Notes under the pieces: model-generated | What the model was told of the DNA's origin: nothing | Seen by the model: the letters and a program-made list of their open reading frames with translations, nothing else | The model's database searches: none | Made by a program: the position numbers and the translations under genes | Part shown: in pieces, positions 9,832-18,336 of the stretch | How positions within the stretch are numbered: position 1 is the stretch's first letter | How the letters are laid out: every line of letters starts with the position of its first letter | Origin: a virus | Taxonomy: Duplodnaviria; Caudoviricetes | IMG/VR virus record: IMGVR_UViG_3300020045_005201 | Location: 1 to 28,472 of that record | Reading direction: 5' to 3' (one strand) | DNA length: 28,472 bases

Positions 9832-9859
9832 ATTTTAGCTTATGTAGGAATACTGTCAA
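9832..9859 (-). promoter_or_regulatory. Sigma70-type promoter, probably giving a leaderless mRNA
   Basis: TTGACA (9854-9859), 16 nt, TAAAAT (9832-9837), 6 nt, then ATG at 9825. No SD sequence. Confidence 0.65.
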
Positions 9860-9870
9860 ACGTGGGTAAA

Positions 9871-12054
9871 TTAATAGGAAATCTGCGTGTTTCGTTGGTC
9901 TACTGGAACTCGCTCAAGAACCCCTTCGCCAGGTATCTCTCCGCTTCCTTCAAAACCTCCGCCTGTCCCCGGTACCGCTCCACTTTGTCCGGTGGGCATA
10001 TCAGAAGGTTGTCCGCCCATTGAAAGCTGCTGTGCAAGTGCCTCAAGAAGTGGATCGTTTCCGGCCTGCGCTTCCATATCTCCCAACTGTCCCTGTCCAT
10101 TCGGTATTACTCCATGATGTTGCCCATATAAAAACGCAACATGTTTTTGTTTATGCAGCATAATTGCCTGCAATCCTTCTGGCGATATATCTAATTTACC
10201 AGTTGCCATCTTTTGCTTTTCAAAGCCCTTTAGTAACTCATTAATAATTTTTATATGGGTTTGGTGGTCTTGATCTGGGAAAACATCGAATAAAGGCTTT
10301 TCTTGTGGTGGCAGAAGGAAAAACATATTTTCCTCGTGCTGATCATCTATTCTTTCGGGTTTCTGGTTTTCTGGTTGTGGTAGTATTAGATCAATATCCT
10401 GCACTTCCATAGATTCGAGCACTTGTTTTGTTACCGTATAAACAGAATTTGGTTGATTAGCTATCAATGGGTTTGTCATTGCTAATTGGTAAACACTCTG
10501 CGCCTTAGCCATTTTCTGCTGTTTGGTAACAGAGCGCGGATCCATTATTGGATATACCCTTGTTGCACCCTGGAAGTCTTCTTTAGTAATACTTACCCTT
10601 TCATCTTCATGGGTAAATGTTTGTATGGCAGAAGCGTTTTCACGGGCAATTATAAGAATCTTTTCTAATTCGCTCTCCATAGCAAGCGCTAGGTTTTCCA
10701 TAATAGAACTAGGCATTTGTAGGCTTTGTTCTAACATTGTCAGAATAGTCATAGGTTGATAAACCTTAGACACATCCCCACTTACCGCCTCTGTCGTATT
10801 GGAAAGCCTTTGTATGACAGATTGCATAAACTCAATCATGCTTACATAAGAAGCATTAGGGCCCGGGAATTTATTCTGATATATTGATTTAGATAGGTCA
10901 TCTGAGGTGCGTGGAATTTTGATAAATTTTCCGATAGGAAGCTCTACCTCTCCCCCCTTTACTCCGGCTGAATCAGAAATAAATCCACCCATATTACCAG
11001 AGTTTGCAAGCTCCCCGGCATTGATAGAATTACGCAACATCTGATTTAAGGATTGATTCATCTTCGCAATAAGATGCCCGTAACCAAAACCGTAAAATCC
11101 ATCGGTATTATCAATAAATGAGTAATGCGTAAAATGTTCGATAGGCTTCTTTTCATTATCGCCAAATTTATACCGCGCTGCTATGCGCAGGACTTTTTTG
11201 CTATTATCATCTATCCAAATAATAACAGGCTCTTCAATGCCGTCTCCATCAAGATCATACCAAGTATGCTGCTCAAGAATTATTGCTGTTTTACCTTCTT
11301 TTCCTACTTCGTGTATTCCATCCGCTTCATTCTCGACTTCCTGCATATCGCCAGGATTGCTATATTCAGTATCAGATTCTATAGGCAATGCCGAAAAGAA
11401 GCCGTCTCTATAAAGCTTCTTTGCTTTATTTATATCCATCGTCATTCGATGGGTTTTTCGCCGCACATCTTCTAATTCTCTTGGCCCAGTACCATAGCAC
11501 ACAATAAAGTCCTGTGCGCGTACTCGTTCAATTTTTGGCAATCCACTTATAGGATCAGGATAGGTTTTACTAAAATCACTTCCCATTAGAGCGGCTGCAA
11601 GCAGCATGCGTTTTTTATCACGTTTATAACGGCGTTGTTGGAAGTTTAATAAATAATTCATCCACTTGGCTAAACGTTCCGCTCGTTGCTGTTCTTCTTG
11701 GGTAATATCCTCCATAGAAGTAGTGGCAATAAATGAGCGTTGTGGGAATATAGCTTTATAAGCCCTGGCCTGAAAACCCAGGCATGATTCCGTAAGTAAG
11801 GGAACGCGAGCATCCGAACTGTTAAAGTCGTCAGAAAAATTATTATCGTAAGTATCTTTTTGATGATATATTTCTAAATATTCTGCGTGGGTAGCCAGCC
11901 ATTCTGCGCGACTTTCATCGTCTTGTTTATATAATTCATGGGCTTTAACTCCAATAGTGCGTAATTCCGTAGGGTCAAAATGATAGGTTAGATTTAATGG
12001 ATCCTTTCCCGCCACTTTTATTTTATTTTCGTCCTTGGTTCTTTTATCACGCAT
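9871..12054 (-). CDS. Portal protein
   Basis: 727 aa. 'SRAEW', 'PLLTESCLGFQARAY', 'DLDGDGIEEP', 'GFYGFGYG' and 'D.DHQTHI' match P22 gp1-like portals. Upstream of the head genes. Confidence 0.85.
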   Translation of the reverse strand: MRDKRTKDENKIKVAGKDPLNLTYHFDPTELRTIGVKAHELYKQDDESRAEWLATHAEYLEIYHQKDTYDNNFSDDFNSSDARVPLLTESCLGFQARAYKAIFPQRSFIATTSMEDITQEEQQRAERLAKWMNYLLNFQQRRYKRDKKRMLLAAALMGSDFSKTYPDPISGLPKIERVRAQDFIVCYGTGPRELEDVRRKTHRMTMDINKAKKLYRDGFFSALPIESDTEYSNPGDMQEVENEADGIHEVGKEGKTAIILEQHTWYDLDGDGIEEPVIIWIDDNSKKVLRIAARYKFGDNEKKPIEHFTHYSFIDNTDGFYGFGYGHLIAKMNQSLNQMLRNSINAGELANSGNMGGFISDSAGVKGGEVELPIGKFIKIPRTSDDLSKSIYQNKFPGPNASYVSMIEFMQSVIQRLSNTTEAVSGDVSKVYQPMTILTMLEQSLQMPSSIMENLALAMESELEKILIIARENASAIQTFTHEDERVSITKEDFQGATRVYPIMDPRSVTKQQKMAKAQSVYQLAMTNPLIANQPNSVYTVTKQVLESMEVQDIDLILPQPENQKPERIDDQHEENMFFLLPPQEKPLFDVFPDQDHQTHIKIINELLKGFEKQKMATGKLDISPEGLQAIMLHKQKHVAFLYGQHHGVIPNGQGQLGDMEAQAGNDPLLEALAQQLSMGGQPSDMPTGQSGAVPGTGGGFEGSGEIPGEGVLERVPVDQRNTQISY
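9900..10100 (-). CDS. Small protein nested in the portal C-terminus (alternate frame)
   Basis: 66 aa, 'WEIWKRRPETIHFLRHL...YRGQAEVL'. GGAG SD 9 nt upstream of the ATG. Confidence 0.6.
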   Translation of the reverse strand: MDRDSWEIWKRRPETIHFLRHLHSSFQWADNLLICPPDKVERYRGQAEVLKEAERYLAKGFLSEFQ

Positions 12055-13765
12055 TAAAATTCAACCTGTTTATATAATCATCCAGAAAATATGCCTTTAA
12101 TTCAGCCTTTTCCTCTTGTTCTTTAAGATATTCCTTATGGCGCAATTTATTTCTCCATACCCATGGAATCATACCATCACCATGTATCTTTAAGTTTAAA
12201 GAAGGCAATAAGAAGTAATGATTGCGGAACTCCTGTAGTTGAGCTAAAAACTGACCCTCCGTCCAAAAAGTCCGCTTTATTTTTTTATCTCCATAAGTTT
12301 CTACCTCAAGCGTTACCTCTTCGTATTTCATTGTACCATTATCTTTCTTTTCCTGCAAATCTGGCTTCTCGTGATAAGAACAATCATATCCAAATAGCTC
12401 CATATTTGTGAATCCAAGCCCTTGAAGCACAGAAATCCCTCTTGTTGCTGTGGCTGAACCGCCAATAATTAAACAGTCTCCGTTGCTTAGAAAATCCTCT
12501 TCATGCGCTCCTACTGCAACATGATAGCCAATTACTTTAGCCTTACGTTCTAATAATTTTTCTGTTACCTCTGGATTTACCATTGATGATACAAATACTA
12601 ATGATTCAGGCTTTATTTCATTTACAAAGCCAGTCACATGCTCACGAGGATCAAGTAGTATTACTGCCCAAGGAATAATCCCAGCCAAGTGTAAGGTTTT
12701 TAATGAGTGTTTAACTGCAACAATTTTATATCCTTGATCGTAATATTTTCTAATTTCAATCGGGTCTAAAGATGGCCCCGCACTGCATAGTATTATAACT
12801 TCATCTGTTTTCTTGCATGGCATATACCAGTTGCGTATTAATCTTATATTACGCGAAATGTTTTCACGTATTTTTTCCTTATCAACACAATTCTTTGTTT
12901 TTATAATTACATCATTGACATTAACTGCATTATTACGATCTATTGACTCTCCATTCCTAACCTTCTTAACTCTTTCTGCTAATTTTCTCTTTTCTTCGTT
13001 GCCTTTATAATGGTGCAATTTTTCACCTAACAAAGAAATGTTGAATACATCTCTTCCTTCTATATTTTCTGATATATTATAATATGTCAAATCCGCGAAC
13101 TCTTCACGCAACCTATCAAATATATAACTATCGTGATATTGTTTGTGCGTTAGGACTTCATCCTTTACATACATTTCATGGAATCGTTCTATGAACTTAC
13201 CTGCAGTTTCAGTTTTGTATATAACCAAACCACATTCTGAGTGATCCCAATCTTTGCGGCCTAAATAAGCTATATCAGCTCCATTATGCCATTTCTCTAT
13301 ATCGTGTATTGTTACTTCTTCTCTTACTACTACATCGGCATCCAACCAAATGATATAATCAATTCCTTCTTGTTTAGCGAATAAATAAGCTTGGTATAAA
13401 GCAAATATCTTATGCGAAAAATCTATATAGTTAGTACGGTAATTACCATCATTCTTATAGTCTTTATGACGCGTGTAGAAGTCAACCTCTTCTGGCAACA
13501 TGCCAGTTTCTATATGAACTTTACGACCTTCTTTTAATCCTTTTGTGCTATTTACAAGATTGTTGAGTCCTTCATTAACAACGCCCTGCAGATCATCTTT
13601 AGTTAGTTTTATAAGCAACGGGACTTCTATCGGGAAGTATTGCATATATGTCATTGTGCTTATATGCAGATAATCATGCCAATCTTTATTTGGGAATGTT
13701 GTTATAGTTAAATAAGTTGATGGTAGCGGGTGCGGGAACGCACTAACTGTTATTTCTTCCGTCAT
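12047..13765 (-). CDS. Two-domain glycosyltransferase: GT-A-like N-terminus + Maf/DUF115 (MptE-like) C-terminus
   Basis: N-terminal half: 'FSHKIFAL', 'WLDAD' (DxD), 'HDSYIFD', 'HYKG'. C-terminal half: 'CSAGPSL', 'GIIPWAVILLDP', 'GGSATATRG...LGF..MELFGYDCSY'. Confidence 0.7.
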   Translation of the reverse strand: MTEEITVSAFPHPLPSTYLTITTFPNKDWHDYLHISTMTYMQYFPIEVPLLIKLTKDDLQGVVNEGLNNLVNSTKGLKEGRKVHIETGMLPEEVDFYTRHKDYKNDGNYRTNYIDFSHKIFALYQAYLFAKQEGIDYIIWLDADVVVREEVTIHDIEKWHNGADIAYLGRKDWDHSECGLVIYKTETAGKFIERFHEMYVKDEVLTHKQYHDSYIFDRLREEFADLTYYNISENIEGRDVFNISLLGEKLHHYKGNEEKRKLAERVKKVRNGESIDRNNAVNVNDVIIKTKNCVDKEKIRENISRNIRLIRNWYMPCKKTDEVIILCSAGPSLDPIEIRKYYDQGYKIVAVKHSLKTLHLAGIIPWAVILLDPREHVTGFVNEIKPESLVFVSSMVNPEVTEKLLERKAKVIGYHVAVGAHEEDFLSNGDCLIIGGSATATRGISVLQGLGFTNMELFGYDCSYHEKPDLQEKKDNGTMKYEEVTLEVETYGDKKIKRTFWTEGQFLAQLQEFRNHYFLLPSLNLKIHGDGMIPWVWRNKLRHKEYLKEQEEKAELKAYFLDDYINRLNFNA

Positions 13766-14085
13766 TATTTCCTCTCTATATCTGATTCAGTTACTTTTCT
13801 GCCGTATTGTAGTTCTATTGCGTAAACAGGGGTGCTTGGTGCATTGAATTGATGCCAACTACATTTATTTATTTTCCACATATCTCCAGCAAACGACCAT
13901 CCAAAATTATCTCCATTTCTCCAACCAAATCCCTTAATAAACCACCATATTTCCGTCCTATGCTCGTGCCTTTGCAATGATAACTTGCCATAAGGTCTAA
14001 ACCGTAACAACTTCAAACAAAACCATGGCGTGCGTATTAAAGTTGCATACCATCCCCATGCCCTCTGTTTAGGCCATTGAACCAT
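13765..14085 (-). CDS. Cupin, mannose-6-phosphate isomerase type II C-terminal-like
   Basis: 'RAWGWY', 'LSLQRHEHRTEIW', 'WHQ', 'IELQYG...ESDIER'. ATG at 14085 follows GGAG. Confidence 0.8.
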   Translation of the reverse strand: MVQWPKQRAWGWYATLIRTPWFCLKLLRFRPYGKLSLQRHEHRTEIWWFIKGFGWRNGDNFGWSFAGDMWKINKCSWHQFNAPSTPVYAIELQYGRKVTESDIERK

Positions 14086-14599
14086 CGCCACTCCATGCGT
14101 TTATTGATTCCATAGTTGAGTTACTTAATACGCAACTATTCGCTATACTTCTTACAGCCGCTGACTCCATATCACTCCACCGCTCTAACAATTTACTGCT
14201 CGATTGCTGGTTATTGCCACCCAACCCAAATATAACAGGAATGCCTAACTTCTCACATACCGTCTGTTCTGGTGTATTTGCAGAAGTTCTATCGCCACCT
14301 TTGCCAAATATCAGGAAGCGACTCTTAAAACCGATATGGTTATATATATTCTCTATATCCTGGCTAACATCATCTAACGTTTCAGAATGCCATACAGATT
14401 CTACACCCCTGATAGAGCTAAGAACGTCAGCCCTTTGCATCAACGACATAAAGTATTTTCCTTTCTTTTTTACAAGCCAGTTATCACTATTGAGGATAAC
14501 ACATATATCGCCAATCTCTGCAGCTTTTGCAAACATTTTGACGTGTCCATCGTGATAGGGGTCAAATCCACCTGATAATAATACTATTGGTCTTTCCAT
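14069..14599 (-). CDS. Cytidylyltransferase-family nucleotidyltransferase (TagD/RfaE-like)
   Basis: 'SGGFDPYHDGH' (HxGH), 'NSDNWL.KKKG', 'GGDR...NTPE', 'SSS'. Confidence 0.85.
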   Translation of the reverse strand: MERPIVLLSGGFDPYHDGHVKMFAKAAEIGDICVILNSDNWLVKKKGKYFMSLMQRADVLSSIRGVESVWHSETLDDVSQDIENIYNHIGFKSRFLIFGKGGDRTSANTPEQTVCEKLGIPVIFGLGGNNQQSSSKLLERWSDMESAAVRSIANSCVLSNSTMESINAWSGDGSMA

Positions 14600-15228
14600 G
14601 TTAATATATAATCCTTTCTTATTTGTTGAACTATTTCCATTCCCATATCTTGTAATAATTTTAGTGCATCATGATTAGTACGTTGCTCTACACAGATTAT
14701 AGGTTTCAATTCATTAATAATTCTGTCCATACCTTTAATACATTCAGCCTCCATGCCCTCCGTATCGATTTTGATTAAGGTCGTGTGCGCTTCATTCAAT
14801 TTAGTATCGAGAAGATGATAATTAATATTTATTACTGGAACCATAAGTCCTTTATTGTCGTTTATAAGTTTAGCTGCCCCGCTGTTCTCCTTACTTTCTT
14901 TGACGAATTGCATTAACCTAGTATGTTCACTTATACCGCAATTATTAAGATGAGCCTTATAATCCCCTTCTTTATTAGCTAGGTTATTTCTTAAGCACTC
15001 AAAAGTTCTTGGGTTGGGTTCATAAGCGTTGATTGTCTTAAATCCAGCCTTAATAGCCATTAAGCTCCACAATCCCACATGCGCCCCAATATCATAAAAT
15101 ATCTTAGGATTTATTACGTATTCCATGCATGCTAGAAATATATCGCGCTGATATGTTCCATCTTCATTCATCATCCTTTCAAAGTGCGTATCTTCTTCCG
15201 GAAGCCATACTCCATATACTTGCTTCAT
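14584..15228 (-). CDS. FkbM-family SAM methyltransferase
   Basis: 'DIGAHVGLWS', 'AYEPNP..FECL..N', 'IKIDTEGME', 'KPIICVE'. Confidence 0.85.
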   Translation of the reverse strand: MKQVYGVWLPEEDTHFERMMNEDGTYQRDIFLACMEYVINPKIFYDIGAHVGLWSLMAIKAGFKTINAYEPNPRTFECLRNNLANKEGDYKAHLNNCGISEHTRLMQFVKESKENSGAAKLINDNKGLMVPVININYHLLDTKLNEAHTTLIKIDTEGMEAECIKGMDRIINELKPIICVEQRTNHDALKLLQDMGMEIVQQIRKDYILTWKDQ

Positions 15229-15707
15229 GAGTAATGCCTCACTATCTTAATATCCTTTGCCGTACTTAACATAGATTCCCACCACTCTTCAGGTTTAACT
15301 GTAAGATGCACATTCTCCCCATTGGCAAAAGTTTTCTTAGCTGGTTTTGTTGAGATAGCCAAAAAAAGCACCTTATTAGTATAATTGATTAGATCATGTA
15401 ACGTACGGCCCACCTCATCCTCTGGCACATGCTCCATAACGTCAGTACAAATAACCATATCAAATAACATATCCTCAGTTGGTTTCTTACTATAAGGCTC
15501 ATAATAAGGATCATATAACATTACATTAGATAGCCCAGCTTTCTTATGGCTTGTAGCTTTACCACAGCCATAATCTAATACTGACTTACAGTCATATTCT
15601 CCAATCAATGCCTTAATTTCAGGCAAATGCTTTTGCAAGCATGCGCCACTGAATTTATTAGCCGCATGTAAACGGCGATATTCTGATGCTATATAATCTT
15701 TATTCAT
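15225..15707 (-). CDS. Class I SAM-dependent methyltransferase
   Basis: 'VLDYGCGK', 'YDP', 'FDMVICTDVMEHVP', 'H.TVKP.EWW'. Confidence 0.85.
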   Translation of the reverse strand: MNKDYIASEYRRLHAANKFSGACLQKHLPEIKALIGEYDCKSVLDYGCGKATSHKKAGLSNVMLYDPYYEPYSKKPTEDMLFDMVICTDVMEHVPEDEVGRTLHDLINYTNKVLFLAISTKPAKKTFANGENVHLTVKPEEWWESMLSTAKDIKIVRHYS

Positions 15708-15954
15708 ATTTAGTACTCGATATATTTATATAATCTTCCTGCCTCCCATCCTGCTTAACAACAGGAACATCTTCCCATTCAAGCTCTTTTATAAATTTCA
15801 TTTTTCCTAGTTCATCATCGTAATTATTATAACTACCACTTTTTACTTGAAGTATTAGTTTCCCACCTCTTTCTAAATATCTAATATCCAAAATTATTTT
15901 TTGCCCAAAAATGTTCATTTTTTTTCTCTGTTTAGTTTTAAAGAATCTATTCAT
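15700..15954 (-). CDS. Hypothetical protein (84 aa) flanked by direct repeats
   Basis: Likely start is MNRFF at 15954, overlapping the upstream GT stop (ATGAATAG). Ends 'WEDVPVV...STKYE'. Confidence 0.55.
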   Translation of the reverse strand: MNRFFKTKQRKKMNIFGQKIILDIRYLERGGKLILQVKSGSYNNYDDELGKMKFIKELEWEDVPVVKQDGRQEDYINISSTKYE

Positions 15955-15973
15955 ACTTAGTGCTCGGTATATT
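15700..15973. repeat. 27-bp imperfect direct repeat (15700-15726 and 15947-15973)
   Basis: ttattcatatttagtactcgatatatt vs ctattcatacttagtgctcggtatatt: 23/27 identical. Confidence 0.85.
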
Positions 15974-16723
15974 AGTAAACTCATTATCACATGCACGTTG
16001 CCAGTATTCGTATTCCTCAGTCCATAGCTGCGCGTACGCAACATCTTGATACTCAGGGAACCACGGCCCACCTAAAGTATAATGTATCACATCGGGCTTA
16101 GCTGATTGATATGCGGATATACTTGGAGATAATCCCTCTATCCAATTATAGCTCGATGGAAGGGAGCCTATGTCTTTATCATCTAGCCAATCAAAAGCAT
16201 GTAAATTAGTTCCTGAATCGCTATTTACCTTGCGTGTAGTAAGCTTCTTGTTCTTTGGATGCCCACAATTCCATAATACGAAAGACGACCAATTTTTGCG
16301 ATAGTATTTAGTTTGCGGCTCATCATCCATCTTAATAATTTCAATTGGCTTCTGGTTATGTTTAACAACCATGCATGCGTATTTATTATCACATAGCGCA
16401 AATAACTTCTTTACACTACTCGTAAATATCATGTCGCAATCCATAAATAGCGCCCAACCTTTGTAGCCATTCAGATATGGCACTAGAAAGCGTGTATGTG
16501 AAAATTCTGTACTAAATGGTTTTAAATCCACCATATCGTAACGGTTTCCATCAATAGCATGCGTCATCCAAGGACGATAAAAAGCGCCTTGTTTGCGTAA
16601 TTCCTTATGCTTCAGGGGAATAATATTATAAGCAGAATTTTTGCTATGCCGCTCTATCGTATGTTTACACACCTGATAAGCGACGTCTTCGCGAGCATCC
16701 CAGCCTATGTATATGTTATTCAT
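15947..16723 (-). CDS. Glycosyltransferase (GT-A, GT8-like phage family)
   Basis: 'IYIGWDARE..AY.VC', 'STEFSHTRFLVP', 'FMDCD' (DxD), 'RKNWSS', 'IHYTLGGPWF'. Confidence 0.85.
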   Translation of the reverse strand: MNNIYIGWDAREDVAYQVCKHTIERHSKNSAYNIIPLKHKELRKQGAFYRPWMTHAIDGNRYDMVDLKPFSTEFSHTRFLVPYLNGYKGWALFMDCDMIFTSSVKKLFALCDNKYACMVVKHNQKPIEIIKMDDEPQTKYYRKNWSSFVLWNCGHPKNKKLTTRKVNSDSGTNLHAFDWLDDKDIGSLPSSYNWIEGLSPSISAYQSAKPDVIHYTLGGPWFPEYQDVAYAQLWTEEYEYWQRACDNEFTNIPSTKYE

Positions 16724-17064
16724 CTAAAACCCTCATAACCAACAAATAATCTTGCCGAAACCACATAGCTACTATTAATTTCTTTTATCTCCGGAAAACT
16801 TCTCCAGTAAATTAAAGGATAACCTTCCGATGAAGAAATAGTGGGAGTTTTTTGTTTTAACATTTTTATTAATTCCAGAAAAAACGATATCCATGCAATT
16901 TCTTTATTTTTCAATAATAATGGATATTCTTCGCCCTCTTTCTTAATTCCTCCAGATGTAAGTGTGATTATCTGCGTCTGAAGAACTGGAGAAACCCCTA
17001 ATTCCTGTTCAAATCTAATATCTATTATGGAATGGATAATTTTATATATTTGTTTACTATTCAC
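16720..17064 (-). CDS. Hypothetical protein
   Basis: 114-aa ORF translationally coupled on both sides. Confidence 0.55.
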   Translation of the reverse strand: MNSKQIYKIIHSIIDIRFEQELGVSPVLQTQIITLTSGGIKKEGEEYPLLLKNKEIAWISFFLELIKMLKQKTPTISSSEGYPLIYWRSFPEIKEINSSYVVSARLFVGYEGFR

Positions 17065-17272
17065 GGGATATCCTCATGCTATATTGATGTATTCCGTCCG
17101 GCCTAACTTCATGCAATGGTACTCTCCTCATAAGATAGGGACCCACCTTAGATATTTTTTCGAATTCTGTTACTAATTCTAAAGCCGCCTCGCTCTTGGT
17201 TCCCCCAGATCCGATTATTGTGTAGTGAGTCATTGTTAAGCCGGGAAAGTTTGGATATTCAATATCAATCAT
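17057..17272 (-). CDS. Hypothetical protein
   Basis: Likely start MIDIEY (ATGA overlap with the upstream stop, AAGGA RBS). Confidence 0.5.
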   Translation of the reverse strand: MIDIEYPNFPGLTMTHYTIIGSGGTKSEAALELVTEFEKISKVGPYLMRRVPLHEVRPDGIHQYSMRISRE

Positions 17273-17427
17273 GCCAAATTCCTTATGCATATACGAGGAA
17301 CAGAAATAACAACTTTCGTTTTGCAACATTCAATTTGAACCTTAGGCATTAAATCTTTCTCATCCCCAATCATTTTAAAATCGTAAATATCTTTATTGCA
17401 TTTAAGACATTTGGCTATTTTAAACAT
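17269..17427 (-). CDS. Small Cys-rich protein
   Basis: 'CLKC...ECC' ORF filling the gap between coupled genes. Start uncertain. Confidence 0.45.
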   Translation of the reverse strand: MFKIAKCLKCNKDIYDFKMIGDEKDLMPKVQIECCKTKVVISVPRICIRNLA

Positions 17428-18209
17428 GCTCCGTGTATGTTTAAAATTTTCCATGCCGTGCCATTCCTTATTTCTTCTAGTGTAAACTGATTGTAACTTA
17501 TGAACCGCAGTAATTTATCTACATGCTCCCGGCTTGGCGCTTCAATCTTATTTTCTATAACGTCCTGTATAGAGTTCTTACACCACTTACCAGCCACGCT
17601 ATACATGCCAGTAACTACAGGAATGCCCTTTATAGAAGCATCCACCGCAACATTGCTGTTGAACGTAATAACACAATAAGCGTCTTGCAAATCGTGATCT
17701 AGTGGCCTCGATTCTGATTTATCCCTGATTTTAAATTTACGTGATGTGCCGTCAAGAGATTTAACAATCTCACTTTTCCACCAACCAGGAGAGTGATTAT
17801 AAAATTTTTCAATATATTCAGTTGGGGGAATTATTAAGATATGGCCTTTGGGATTAAACCAGTTCTCACGTTTGAATTTAAGTTTATCCAACCTATCAAA
17901 TGGTAAATCTAGTTCTTTATACCGAGCTTGTAACCCGTTCTTAGTAATACGATAATAACCATCATAATGATTTGGATTAATGTATCCTCTATCGACCTCG
18001 TAGAAATCCACACCATTAATACTGTTATAACGGTAAATATCAGCGGTACCGCGAAGTATGCCGTACCCGACAGCAATATGCTTATTTGTTGAATTGATAT
18101 AGTTATCAGCCCATTCAGTGTGCTTGAGAATATTTTGAGGTATGCCAGCATGCAGCGCCATGCTTACGGTTTCGTTTATCTGGTGGCCGGTATGCCAAAC
18201 GTAAATCAT
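17415..18209 (-). CDS. Capsule-polysaccharide-modification-like protein (KpsS/KpsC-type GT-B)
   Basis: 'GILRG', 'VDRGY', 'ILIIPP', 'KIRDK', 'CVITFNSNVAVDASIKGIPV', 'NQFTLEEI..G.AW'. Confidence 0.65.
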   Translation of the reverse strand: MIYVWHTGHQINETVSMALHAGIPQNILKHTEWADNYINSTNKHIAVGYGILRGTADIYRYNSINGVDFYEVDRGYINPNHYDGYYRITKNGLQARYKELDLPFDRLDKLKFKRENWFNPKGHILIIPPTEYIEKFYNHSPGWWKSEIVKSLDGTSRKFKIRDKSESRPLDHDLQDAYCVITFNSNVAVDASIKGIPVVTGMYSVAGKWCKNSIQDVIENKIEAPSREHVDKLLRFISYNQFTLEEIRNGTAWKILNIHGACLK

Positions 18210-18277
18210 AGAATCCTTTCCGAACCACCGAAAAGTTAGAGCCTAGGAAAGGTGTTTAAGCAAACCTAGGCTTATTG

Positions 18278-18306
18278 AGATTAGCTAATACAACAGATTG
18301 TGTCAA
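18278..18306 (-). promoter_or_regulatory. Sigma70-type promoter for the glycan island
   Basis: TTGACA (18301-18306), 17 nt, TAATCT (18278-18283). AT-rich upstream region. Confidence 0.7.
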
Positions 18307-18336
18307 CTATTTTTCTTTTTCTATTCTTTGCCAATA

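Noticed and set aside
15955-16071. Upstream extension of ORF 15700..16071
   Set aside because: It overlaps the conserved GT C-terminus. The coupled ATG at 15954 is the better start.
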